DNA of 63,313 bases, counting the filler, from Chiloscyllium plagiosum (Eukaryota), in assembly GCF_004010195.1 (NCBI RefSeq). It is 6 parts of one record of this genome, joined end to end, with 100 filler letters (N's around TTAATTAATTAA, not from the genome) between each part and the next. Parts side by side here need not be neighbours in the genome. Positions count along the whole stretch, not along the records: positions 32,479 to 45,260 come from NC_057717.1; positions 45,361 to 53,470 come from NC_057717.1; 4 more parts are not named here. One strand, 5' to 3'. Each line of letters begins with the position of its first letter. Within the stretch, counting starts at the first letter, position 1. Below the pieces are notes generated by a model, which made no database searches, was not told the origin of the DNA, and saw only the letters and a list, made by a program, of their open reading frames with translations. Position numbers and translations under genes: made by a program. Positions 36,831 through 49,324 of this stretch are shown here, in pieces.

Positions 36831-38376
36831 TGCCTGTATTCTGGAAAGAGCTCTTATTGTGAAAACTATCAGCCTGTCCTTAATGACTTATGCCTCCTAA
36901 TCTTCCAACTTCTCCAATCTAATTGTCACATTTTTTGAAAGTTTACATAATGAATCCCTGCCTTACTTTATGTCTTTTAGTCGAACATTGTCCTCCAACC
37001 TCTTGTGGTTTTAAGTTCTCTGACTGTTGTATCCCTTCCAGAGTTAACCAAAATTATAACCATGTATAATGGCCTGATTGCAGAATTCCTTTCCAAATCC
37101 CATTCTTCTCCTGTCCTTCAAATGCACATCTTTTGTAAGCTTTTAGTGTCAATCTTCTCATTTTGGCTTTTTCCTAAATATGGTTCAAACCGGAATTGCA
37201 CCGTGCTTACCGATGCTGACTGCCCAGGTAGTTCTGCTGTGTGATCGGCCTGTGCGTACAGTGATACTGCAGGTCTGAGTCGTTGATTTACATGGCTACA
37301 TCATGGCCCCCAAGTGGTCAGCGTGTCCATTGCGCGAGGGCTTTGTCAGTGGCATGGCAGGTTTGATTAAAGTTGTTGAACAGGTTGTGAAAAGTGTGAC
37401 CAAGTGTTATGGAGGTTTGCATATATCTCTTATCCTCTAATGTTCGTGTCCAAATTGAGTTTGTTTGTAATGAGAATTGTTAACATCCATTGGGTGGATC
37501 TTCTACAGAAGCTACGTCAGTCCAGAGGGATATTGAGATCAGGATCCGAACACTGACGGACGAACTTAAAAAGCGCAAGTCCATTGTGGACAAGCTGAAG
37601 AAAGAGCAGACGAAACGTCAAAAGGAGCGATTGAAAGCACAGGAGGCCAGCCTGATCAAACAACTAGAGGTGAGATTGAACCCACCACTACGCTGCAGGT
37701 TTCAGCTGGGGATGTTTGGAACATGCGACCTTGAAGAGATTGCGGTTCAGAACATTTCACACGTTTCCATACTGCCTTCCCAAAACTGGATCAGCATCCA
37801 TCTCCTTTAAATTAAAATTTGTTGAGGGCTATGAATTTTTGTTCTTGACATATTAAGGAATGATGATCTAGCAGGTTTCCTTTTTCTGAATTTTTTTTCT
37901 CCGCCATGAATAAGAGTTTATATTCTGGCTAACGTTCATTCAAACCTTTTTTCCTCAAATTCCTCATAGCCTCCTTTCTTCCTATTTTCAAGAGCTTCCT
38001 TTTTCCAGTGGGGTGTTATATATTCTGATCTTATACTTCCTTCTTCCTAACCAATGTCTCACTATTCTTCAATAAAACAAGGGCCTCTTTCTTTTTAAAT
38101 GCTGCATATATGCATTGCTGGACTGTTGAATGGTCTGTGCAAGGGTTTGAGAAGAAAATACGGAATAAATAAACTTGCTTTTGATGAAATTCAACCAACT
38201 GCACTTTTTGTTATCCCTGTCAATCTTTCTTAATTTTGTGATTAACAGATTTTACAGATCGCTAAAATTAGATTTGTTCATTCAGAAAAGAATTTGTTTG
38301 CCTTGTGCAGTTAGCAAAGTAGTGGTATGCGTACTTCTTCACATCCCGAAGATTTATTTCATCTTCTCACCATTGT
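36831..38376 (+). repeat. Segmental duplication, copy B of the CEP350 block
   Basis: Colinear with 1-1720 apart from the SINE in copy A. Confidence 0.95.
37509..37669 (+). pseudogene. CEP350: CEP350-like coiled-coil exon, frame and splice sites intact but isolated
   Basis: AG 37507-37508, GT 37670; (E)ATSVQRDIEIRIRTLTDELKKRKSIVDKLKKEQTKRQKERLKAQEASLIKQLE. The upstream donor is damaged and the downstream exon is replaced by a PLE. Confidence 0.88.
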
Positions 38377-38752
38377 TGTGGTTCTCTTCGCCGAGCTGGG
38401 AATTTGTGTTTCAGACACAATTTGATGTAACGGTCTCATTCGATGTAACGACACTGTTCACCTCTATCGACAAAGCCCTAGCTAGAGAAACAATAGCCAA
38501 CCTGCTGGACGTACAGAACAGACAAGACGGTGAACCTATCAACATAGACTGCGTACTCAAACTACTGGACCTGTGCCTCACAACCCACTTCACATTCAAC
38601 AACCAAATATGAACAAATCAACGGCAACCCCATGGGCTCACCCATCTCTGGACTCATAGCAGAAGCGGTAGTGCAAAGATTAGAACAAACAGTCTTACCG
38701 CAAATTCAACCAATATCTGGGTCAGATATGTGGATGACATCTTTGTAATGAT
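38377..38752 (+). mobile_element. Penelope-like RT fragment preceded by an inverted terminal piece
   Basis: VSFDVTTLFTSID...LLDLCLTTHFTFNNQI, PMGSPISGLIAEAV, WVRYVDDIFV. Confidence 0.9.
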
Positions 38753-39809
38753 CACACAGTCCTTTTGGAGACAAAGCCTCGCCTTAAAGTTGAGAAAAAC
38801 CTCCATTGTGTTGAGTGATACTATCATGGTGCTAATTGGGACAGACTTCGAACAGATGTAGGAACTCAAGCTGGATATCTCTGAGGCACTGTGGGCCAAC
38901 AACTGCAGTAGAACTATACTCCAGCACAATCTGTAATCTCATGGGTTCGTAAATCCCACACTCACCCATCACAATGGACAGGAAAGGAGGGCATGCCATA
39001 AGCAGCATGAGGCATACCTAAAAATGAAGTGCCAACTCAGAACGATTTGTTAATTCACTACTTCACCTGTGTGGCCGATTCTGCAGTTGCTAAAGCAACA
39101 TGGTCTGGAATTATCAGCCAAAACCTCACAGGTCTGCTTTCCACTTTTAAGACATCCTTCAAAACCTGTTTTTTTGGCAATGTGTTTGGTCACCTGACCT
39201 AACATCGCCATCTCTGGACTTATGTTTAAAGTTCTCAATAATACTTTTGTGAAATTACAAGCAAGACAATAAAACTACAAACTGTTCTTGATTTGGACCT
39301 TATCTTCAAATCATCACTGCAATATGTAATGTCTCTTGCCCAACCACATTATGGGAGCACCTTCACCACACAAACTGCAGCTATACAAGAAAGTCAAACA
39401 TCACCCTCTCCACAGGCAACAGGACTTTGGCATTAATCACTGGTAACTGTGAAAGGAGAGACGCAGTTGATGTTTCAGGGAGTGCAAGACGGATTACAGC
39501 GAATGAAAATGGTGCAGAATTTGATAGTCAGAAATTAAAGGAAAATACACTCGCTTATTGGAAAAAAGAATTCTTGACTGTTAAAGATATTCAAGAAAAA
39601 AGTAATCTGATAATAGAACAGCTTATGGTCAGGGGCTGGGCGGCAGTGAAAAACTCATTTACAAATTGTCTATAACACTAATAGTACCAGACCATCAGAC
39701 TAAACATAGCAAAATACACCCATGGTTTGAGACTGAGGAAGCTAGATGTTGACAAAATGTCCATGAAGGAGCCCAGAGGTGAATCAGAGAATTATTGGCT
39801 GCTATGATC

Positions 39810-40220
39810 ACAATGACTCTCTACCAGAGAAACACTGCACATGCGCCTGGCTGCACCTTTCCCCCGACAAAGATGGCGGCTCCGCACGTGTCCAAGTGAA
39901 TCGTTGCCCCGAATAAAGATGGCGGTGCTCACTCGAGCCTGCAGCCGCGCTGAGGCAATTCCCCAATTACTGCAAACACGGGACCGGGACGTTCAAATTT
40001 GTGTTTTCCGACGTTAACAACATGTTTGTAAAACCTCTCCGCTCATAGCAACACGGTTTTTCTCCCGCTTCCCTCCGTTTATTTCTTTCCTTACCGTATC
40101 CTTTCCCTCCTTAACTTCCTGAGCTTTCATGACAGCGACTCTCCGTCGCGCGCGAGGGTGATCACGTGGTTTAGTTTAATTCCGCCCCTCATTCACTTTG
40201 ATTGCTTGGAGGACCAATCC
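39810..40220 (+). promoter_or_regulatory. Putative CpG promoter
   Basis: TGCACATGCGC (NRF1-like), two AAGATGGCGG (YY1), two CACGTG E-boxes, TCGCGCGCGA, GC box CCGCCC, CCAAT. Confidence 0.6.
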
Positions 40221-40353
40221 TTTATTCCTGATAAAGGGCTTTTTCCCGAAACGTCGATTTTACTGCTCCTCGGATGCTGTCTGTGCTGCTGTGCTCTTCC
40301 AGCACCACTAATCCAGAATCTAGCTTCCAGCATCTTCAGTCATTGTTTTTACC
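40221..40353 (+). mobile_element. Penelope family-1 terminal fragment with mutated hammerhead
   Basis: Same sequence as 7634-7764; core reads CUGAUAA; flanked by tggaggaccaatc and tgaaggaccaacc (degenerate TSD). Confidence 0.85.
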
Positions 40354-40897
40354 TGAAGGACCAACCGACCCGACAGGTCCTCCAGGTCCGCCCACTGNNN
40401 NNNNNNNNNNNNNNNNNNNNNNNNNNNNNNNNNNNNNNNNNNNNNNNNNNNNNNNNNNNNNNNNNNNNNNNNNNNNNNNNNNNNNNNNNNNNNNNNNNNN
40501 NNNNNNNNNNNNNNNNNNNNNNNNNNNNNNNNNNNNNNNNNNNNNNNNNNNNNNNNNNNNNNNNNNNNNNNNNNNNNNNNNNNNNNNNNNNNNNNNNNNN
40601 NNNNNNNNNNNNNNNNNNNNNNNNNNNNNNNNNNNNNNNNNNNNNNNNNNNNNNNNNNNNNNNNNNNNNNNNNNNNNNNNNNNNNNNNNNNNNNNNNNNN
40701 NNNNNNNNNNNNNNNNNNNNNNNNNNNNNNNNNNNNNNNNNNNNNNNNNNNNNNNNNNNNNNNNNNNNNNNNNNNNNNNNNNNNNNNNNNNNNNNNNNNN
40801 NNNNNNNNNNNNNNNNNNNNNNNNNNNNNNNNNNNNNNNNNNNNNNNNNNNNNNNNNNNNNNNNNNNNNNNNNNNNNNNNNNNNNNNNNNNNNNNNN

Positions 40898-43432
40898 CCA
40901 CCCCTGAGTCGATGATACAAGTAAAATCTCCCCCTATAATTGTGTGGCGCACCGCAAGAGCCATCGACTTGGAGATCACTTCCATTACAAGTTTAAATGG
41001 TGCACTGGTGGGCAATCGAGATTCAAAATCCCATATTCCTCACCATATACTAGGTCTTTAATTAAAAATACATCATCCAGACTCATCCTTTAGCTGGTTT
41101 AGCATTTGGAAGGGAAGATTCTTCTCAATAAGATTGGCAACTCCCCTACATTTTTAGCTGAAAGATGAAAAGAACACCTGGCCAAATCCACCCTGTTGCA
41201 GCTTCTAATGCTCCTTATCAAGTTGATGTGTTTCTTGTACAAGGGCGGCATCCACCGTTACTTTTTAAAGACTTGATAATATCTTTTTCGTTTTGATTGC
41301 TGAGTGGCTCCCCTTGACATTTCAGGTGCACCACCTAAACGAATGATTAGCCATCATAATCCAAGTAAGCCCGAGACACCCCCAAGAGGGAGATCCCCAC
41401 CCAAAAGACATTGGATAAAACGAAAAATGATTCACGCATAAAACACTCTTTAATACAGCTAAATCAAAACAACTAAGAACTATTCCTAAAAACAAATAAC
41501 ATGAAACATATTTGAAAGGAGACTTTCCCCCTTGTTCACAAGGGGCACTACTACCTTCCAATAATCCCACCATAAAATCTCCCAGCCAGAGGCATTCCCT
41601 CAGCCCGGGCATTACAGAGTAGAGTAAATAAGTTCCAACATCTTTTAAGACAGAAGTTAAAAGTAGACGACACCCCATGCCAACACCTCGATACACTGAG
41701 CAAACCAACACAAGATGAAAATATATAAAATGACAAAATTACAATCCCAGCAAGTAATAAGCAACCAAATAAAAAAAAACACTCAGAAACGTCCCCCAAT
41801 AAACAAATAAACCGCATGAACTATAGCTAAGAGTCCATAGAAAGGATAAGGAACTAGCACTTCCCCTCCCCCACCACCACGGAAAGATAGAGAAGAGTAA
41901 AAATTAAGAAAGGAGGAGGGAAAAAAGAAAATGTGGGCAACATAAAGTCATTATCCATTAAATTCAAATCCTACAGTCTATTTGAGAGCATCCAGGAATT
42001 CTTTTACCTTTTTCCGGTGATCTGAAGTCATATACAGTTCCTCCATGACTACAGCAAAGCATTGCCTGGTATCGCAGAATATTAAATATTTAAATCCCTC
42101 AGACGCTATCTTCGTCTCATCACATTCCTTCCTGTTACAGACCACATTATCCTGGAGCCCTTGTATATCATGGCATGAGAATCCTTCCCCAACACTCTGG
42201 TGGACTCGAGCAGCATCTGCTTTTCCCTCTAATGTTGAAGTTGAAGACAATAATCAAATAAGCCGCACGAACTATAGATAAGAGTCCATAGAAAGGATAA
42301 GGAACTAGCACTCCCCCTCCCCCACCACCACGGAAAGATAGAGAAGAGTAAAAATGAAGAAAGGAGGAGGGAAAAAAGAAAATGTGGGCAACATAAAGTC
42401 ATTATCCATTAAATTCAAATCCTACAGTCTATTTGAGAGCATCCAGGAATTCTTTTACCTTTTTCCGGTGATCTGAAGTCATATACAGATCCTCCATGAC
42501 TACAGCAAAGCATTGCCTGATATCGCAGAATATTAAATATTTAAATCCCTCAGACGCTATCTTTGTCTCATCACATTCCTTCCTGTTACAGACCACATTA
42601 TCCTGGAGCCCTTGTATATCATGGCATGAGAATCCTTCCTCAACACTCTGGTGGACTCGAGCAGCATCTGCTTTTCCCTCTAATGTTGAAGTTGAAGAAG
42701 GACCTGGCGGGGGCGCTGGTCCAACTCGAGCCGGCGCACAGGAACCCGATGGGCCCGCTCAACCGGCAACCAGCCCAGCTCCGACTCCAGTTTCAGCAGC
42801 TGTGGGAGCCTTTGCTCCAGGAAATCAACAAGTTGCCCTTCCTCCTCCCGTTCGGGAAGGCCCATCAAACAAATATTTTTCCAATGTCTCCGATTTTCGA
42901 GGTCAACAATATGTTCATCCAAGGTCCGGACTCGATGTTCCAGTGGCTAGACCTGACCCATGGATGACTCAGCAGTGGTCTCAGAGGCCGCGGCCCGTTG
43001 CTCCACCCCACACCTACACGCTGCCCGAGTTTCTCAATCTTTCCGTCATGTTTCTGCAGCATGACCGAGATTGACTCTCACCTGGACAGCGTCACTTCAA
43101 TGGACTCATCAATCTTCTCTCAGAGGTTAAGAAACTCTCAGATTAGTCTGGTCCCTGCAGGTCAGGCCCTCGGGGCGGCCGCAGACGTCTTTGTTGCGAA
43201 GGTGGTAGTGGGAGAGAAGTCCCTGCCTGTTGTGAACTGCAAGAGCCTTCACATTTGGTCATTTTAAAAAGCATCAGTCTGCTAAAGTTTGATGTAGAAT
43301 TGCCAAGGCTGCTGGCCAAAAAAATATTTGAGCAATTTAACAGGTGAGGTTAGGGTGGGTATCTCACTTTGCCTGAGTCTTGGGCAGAGCTCTGCAGAAT
43401 CAGACCTACTGGTTCACTGCCATCTTGGATCT
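40898..43432 (-). mobile_element. L1-clade LINE 5' portion (ORF1, spacer, ORF2 endonuclease start)
   Basis: ORF1 remnant DLENRRHWKNICLMGLPERE...VERAHRV..RPRQVL; endonuclease motifs LVQETH and IIGGDF; YY1-like AAGATGGC at the 5' end. Confidence 0.9.
41797..42698. repeat. ~451-bp tandem duplication inside the L1
   Basis: ORFs at 42045 and 42496 are near-identical, offset 451. Confidence 0.92.
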
Positions 43433-43435
43433 CGC

Positions 43436-45260
43436 TGACACCCTGTTTAAAAATGGAATAAGGCAAAAGACAGAAAATTACAAACTGATTAGCCTAACCT
43501 CAATCCTGGGTAAGTTCCTGGAATCCATTGTGAAGGATGAGATTTCTGAATACTTGTCTGTGCATGGTAAAGTAGTGCTAAGTCAGTATAGTTTCATCAA
43601 GGGGAGGTCATGCTAATGAATCTGTTAGAATTGTTTGAGGATGTAACAAACAGGTTATACCAAGGAGAGCTAATGGATGTTATCTATCTGCACTTCAAGA
43701 AGGACGTTGACAAGGTGCTTCACAGGAGGCTGCTGAGTAAGATAAGGGCCAATGGTATCAGAGATAAGGTACTAATGTGTACAGAAGCTTGACTGTCTGG
43801 CAGAAGGTAGATAGTGGGAATAAAAGGGTCCTTCTCAGGATAGCAGCCAATGACAACTGGTGTTCCGCAAGGGAACCACAACTTCTTTCTTTGTACATTA
43901 ACAATCGCGATGAAGGAAATGAGGGCACTCCGGCGAGGTTTGTTGATGATGCAAAGGTAGTTAGAGGGACAGGTATCATTGAGATGGCAGGGAGACTGCA
44001 GAAGGATTTAGCTAGGGTAGGAGACTGGGCAAAGACGTGGCAGATGGTGTACACTTGGGAAAGTGCGAGGTGATGCACTTTAGTAGGAAGAATAAAGGCA
44101 TGGACAATTTTATAACTGGGGAGAAAATTCAGAAGTCTTAAGTGCAGTGTTGCGAGTTCCAGTCAGGATTGTCTCAAGTTAAATGAGCAGGCTGTGTCAG
44201 TAGGAAGGAAGGTGCTGTATCTGCCGCACAGTGTGTTTGAAATCTTATATTCACCAAACGAACTGAGTCAACTCTTATAAACAATGATATTTGTTAATTG
44301 AACACAATTAATTTTAGAACAATAAAACGTATTATAACGTAATGGAAAACATTACAATCTATCTTATGGTTTTACGTAACTTTGGATGATCACATACCAC
44401 CCCACCAGAAGTTTACCTGATTCCAACTGGAGAAGTCCTCTTGTTCTTGTGATGTTCTGGGAGGTGTCTTTTCTTTCATGGTTATTCTCGAGTTATCACT
44501 CTCAGAGCGGTTTTACGGTGATTCTTATCCTCCCAAATATTCATGCCTTTTGAGAGGGTGTGGAGAATCTGCCAATGGAATGATAAATTACCCTGATCAA
44601 TCAGACCCAACCTGGTTTTGTCACATTGATGGCCCAAAGGCGACATTCCATTGTAACATTCAGGTCAAACTTCAGTTGTGTATTGTAGGGTCTGTAGCTG
44701 TCAGGTTTCTTTGCAACCATCTCTGGCTAGCTGCAGCCTGTCTGGACTTTGCAGCATGTGGATGAGCACAGAGACTTTGGTCAAGGCTGGGTTCTACTTC
44801 CCAGCATGCTTTAATCATTGTTCATTTTTGTAACAATTTACTATTGTCCATCGTAAGATTATTATTTCAGGTGGACCGTCTGGTCAGAAAGGCAAATACA
44901 GTAATGACATTTCTTTTGAGATGACTTGAATATTACAGCAGGGATGGATTTTCGCGGCTCTATAAGACTCTGGTCAGACCACATTTGGTGCATTGTGTAC
45001 CGTTTTGGGCCCCATAACTCAGGAAAAATGCACCATCCCTGAACGTGTTCATAGTTACTTCATAAGAATGGTCCCAGGAATGAAAAGATCAACATATGAG
45101 ATCTCTGGGTCTATACTCGCTGAAGTTTATAAGGATGAAGGTGGATCTAATTGAAGCATACAGAATACTGGTTGCCTGGTCCGAGTAGATGTTGGGAAGA
45201 TGCTTCCACTGTTAGGAAAGAAAGGACTCAAGGACATAGCCTGAGAGTCAAGAGAAAATC
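43436..45260 (+). mobile_element. CR1 LINE RT fragment, split by a 674-bp insertion
   Basis: ENYKLISLTSILGKFLESIVKD, DVIYLHFKK, RFVDD; CR1 sequence resumes at ~44887. Confidence 0.88.
44213..44886. mobile_element. Candidate solo LTR
   Basis: Non-CR1 insert with TG...CA ends, flanked by GGAAGG (44207-44212) and GAAAGG (44887-44892). Confidence 0.45.
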
Positions 45261-45429
45261 NNNNNNNNNNNNNNNNNNNNNNNNNNNNNNNNNNNNNNNN
45301 NNNNTTAATTAATTAANNNNNNNNNNNNNNNNNNNNNNNNNNNNNNNNNNNNNNNNNNNNGGGAACATATCCTTCCATGACATTTTTTTCTCAGTCTCCC
45401 CCACTCTGCCTCCACTCCAAAACACACTC

Positions 45430-48040
45430 ACTTACAGTCATACTGCATGAGACTGCCAGTATGACTGGTCATTTGGCCCAGCTGGTCCATGCCAACCAAA
45501 GTGCCCATCCACACTCACCCCATTTCCCTGCCCTTGCTCTGTATCCCTCTAATCCTTACTTATCTGTGTATTTTTCCAAATGCCTTTTCAATGTTGTTAT
45601 TGTACCCACCTCAATCACATCCACTGGCAGCTCAGTCCATATGCGTATCACACTCTGTGTAAAAACGTTGCCCCTCAAGTTCCTTTTTAATATATTTTTT
45701 CCTTTCCAAATATTAATGGATGTCCTCTCGTCGTCAATTCCACAACCTTGGGAAAAACTTTGAAGTATTCACCACATGCACGCCTGTCATGATTTTATAA
45801 GAGTTACACTTCTACAAGAACCCTCTCAGTTCCTACGCTGTAAAGAAATAAGTTCTAACCTGTCCAACCTCTGCCTATAACTTAGAGCCTTTAGCCCAGG
45901 AAACATCATTGTAAATTTCTTCTACACTCTTTCTCGTTCAATAATATCATTTCCAGAGCAAGGTGAACAAAACTGCACGCAATACTCCAACTGCAGCCAT
46001 AACAACACCCTGTACATCTGCAACATAACGTCCCAACTTCTAAACTCAATGTGCTGATGAAGGCCAGTGTGCCAACAGCCTTCTTCACTGTCCTGTGTAT
46101 CTGTAACTCAAATTTCACATAACCGCCCTTTTGTTCCACTACACTCCTTAAGACCCTTTCATTCATCATTAAACTCCTACCTGGATTTGACTTTACAAAA
46201 TGCAAGACGTCACATTTACCTATATTAAACGCCAGTTGCTATTTCTCAGCACACTTCCGCAGCTGATCAAAGTACTGCTGCAATTTCTGATAATGTTCCT
46301 CACTGTAAATTATGCCTCCTAATTTAGAATCATCTGTAAACTTACTAACCTTGCGTTGTGCACTCTGGTCTAAATCATTGATATACATAACAAACAGCGA
46401 TCGGCTCAGGACCGACCACTGAGGCACTCCACACATCACAAGCCTCCAGTCCGACAAGCATACCTCCACCATAGCCATTTGCTTTATAACGTCAAATCAA
46501 TTGTGTCGCAAATTTTCCAGTTTACATTAGAGTCCATGCAATCTAACCTTCCAGATCGGCGTACCATGTGGAACATGATCAAAGGCCTTACTGAAATCCA
46601 TATAGACTATGTCCACCACCCTGCCCTTGTCAACCTTCCTGGTCACTTCCTCAAAAACTCTATCAAAATTTATCAGGCATGATCTGCCAGGCACAAAGCT
46701 ATGCTGACTGTTACAAGTCAAACTCTGTCTTTCCAAATGCATGCATATCTTTTATCTCAGAACGTCCTCAAGTGATTTAGCGAAAACAGATGTGAAGCTT
46801 ACTGGTCTATATTTCCCAGGCGTTTCTTTGCAGCCCTTCTTGAATAAGGGCACATTTGCTACCGCCAGTCTTCCGGGTCCTTGGCCCTTAACTCTTTTAT
46901 CTCGCCTCTTGCAGTGGTCTTGGATGTATCTGGTCAGGACCAAGAGATTTATCTGACTTTATGATTTCTAAAATGTCCATCAGCACCTCTACTGTGATAT
47001 GGACTGTACCAAGATATGACAATTAACCTCCCAAACGTCACAGGTCTTCATGTCTTTCTTCAGGCAAACACAGAAGGGGAATTGAGGAATCCAAGCATCA
47101 CTTGAGGTTTTACACATTCGTACCCATTTTGTATTTTACGTCATCCTATTCTCTCTCTGGTTGTTCTTTTCTTTCCTATACTGAATTTGGATTCACATGA
47201 ATCTGCTCAACCAAGGCTATCTCATACCCCCTTTTCGCCTTGCTGATTTCCTTCTAACTAAACTCCTGTATCCCCTGTGTAACTCCAGGGATTCCCTTGG
47301 TCCCAGCTGGCTGTACGTGAGTCACGTCTCCTTTTTTGCTGGTCAGAGCCTCAATATCTATCGTCATCCAGGGTTCTCTCTTCCAGCCTCACATTCCCCT
47401 CAGTCTCACATGAATACATAGACCTTGAACTCGAGCTATCTCACTTTTGAAGCTCTCCCACTTGTCCGGGATCCTTTTACCTGGAAACAAACTACTCCAA
47501 TCATCCCCTGCAATCCCCTATCTAATTCCAACAAAATACGCATTGCTCCAACTTAGAACTTGAATCCGTGGACCAATTTTGTCTCTATCATAACTATTTT
47601 AAAATTAATACAGCTCTAGTCACTTTTCCCAAAATGCTCTCCCACTTTACCTCCGTCACCTATCCTACACTATTTCCCAAAAGTAAGTCGAGTTTGTCCC
47701 TTCCCTAGTAGGACACTCGATATATTGCTTGTGGAAACTTTCCTGAACACACTTAACAAATTACCTTCCACCTGAGGTCATAACCATTTGGAAGTCCCAG
47801 TCTATGTTAAGAAAATTAAAATCACCTATAATGTCAACCCCATTGCTGCTGCAAGTCTCACCAGTCTCCCTGCATATTTGTTCCTCTAATTCCCATTGAT
47901 TATTTGGAGGCTTATTAGTGCAACCACTATAACATCACCATCCCCCTATTACTTCTTTGCACCGTTCACAAAACCTCATTGGATATTATCTCAGTTATTT
48001 CATCTTTAAATACTAGAGTGATACTCGCCTTAATCAGAAC
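45430..48040 (-). mobile_element. CR1 LINE, decayed ORF2 from endonuclease to 3' tail
   Basis: ANVPLFKKG..PGKYRPVSFTSV, DIVYMDFSKAFDHVPHG, GVPQWSVL, YINDL, KFTDDSK. Confidence 0.92.
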
Positions 48041-48779
48041 TATTGGTATTTAAATTGTTTCCATTTACATCTCTTCCTTGCAGTGACTTTCACATTCACA
48101 GCATCCCTTGTCAAGGCACAGTGGAGATATGGAGCTGTAAATGGATGGGAGCTGCACATCCTGTCCCTTTCAGCATTGGTTACATGTTTCCCCACACTGG
48201 GCAGTGATCTCATACAGTGTTACCGAACAATGCAACAGCCTGGGTTTATATATGAATGAACCAGTGCGGACTGCACAGCTCCCCACGCTGGACATTTAGT
48301 CCAGGATTATAGATCAAGCATTGGTGTGGTCTGCACAGTTTCACTCTGGACATTGCTGGGTTGCATACAGCTGTACACTAGCCGGATCTACACAGTGCTC
48401 CATCCTGAATATGTAATGGATGGGCTGATTATGTGAGTTGGATTGCGAATGTGAGAGTACTAAACATCTGACAATACCTTGATTTTGTGTTTTCATTCTG
48501 GTGATTGGACCTTCAAATATTATCCTGTTAGACCCATCCTTCTGGATGAATCATGGTGAGTGTTGTTACAGCACCTGAGTCTGCAACGTGACCAACAAAT
48601 GGAGCAGAGGCTGCAGAGAGGGGCGTATCCGTAAAGTGGAATGAAAGAATCACAATCAGATCAGACGTGGTGTTTGTGAATGGTGGGGCAGGATTGAATG
48701 GACCACTAATGCAACTTATTCATATATTTATGTTTGTTCCAAACAAACTCCCATTCTCTCCCAGTGTCCCATACTGGTC

Positions 48780-49060
48780 GGGAGTGAGTCACCTCCTGCT
48801 GTCCTTGCATAACAGGATGCCGGGTCCTCACTAACCTCCAGATTTCCCTGTGCGCCAGTTTCGAGCTCTGAGTGACTCCCTCCTGTTCCTGTGTCCCAGT
48901 TTCAAGCAATTGAGTACCTGCCTCCTGTTCCAGTGTCCCAGCCTCGAGCTCTCACTGACTCTCCTTTCCCTGTGCTCTAGTCTCAAGCAGTTGAATGACT
49001 GTGTCCTGCCTGTTCCTGTGTCCCAATCTTGGGCAGTTAAGTGACTGCCTCCAGATCCAA
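48780..49060 (+). repeat. Minisatellite, ~42-bp unit (gtgactccctcctgttcctgtgtcccagt...)
   Basis: About six degenerate tandem copies. Confidence 0.75.
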
Positions 49061-49324
49061 GGTTTGTGAAAGTAGACGTCCTCCTCCTACTACTGTCTGT
49101 GAGGCTCCAATAGCTCTGTGTTCATGTGCTGCTCCTCTGGAATGTAGTTGAGGGCCTGAATGGCTTCTCTTGACTAAAAGCCTTTCTCCTGTTTCTGTAA
49201 AACACCATCAAAATCTGAATGATGTATTTTTGTATTTTACTCTCAGCAATTGAGCAAACAAGCTGACTGACAGAATTCAGAAGCTGAATAACCTCCTCCT
49301 GTTCCTGTGTTTTTCACTCAAGAG

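Noticed and set aside
28752..41015. ORFs rich in X (near 28.8, 30.8 and 40.3 kb)
   Set aside because: Open only because they run through N gaps.
42496..43074. 192-aa Pro/Ala-rich + strand ORF
   Set aside because: Antisense shadow of L1 ORF1.
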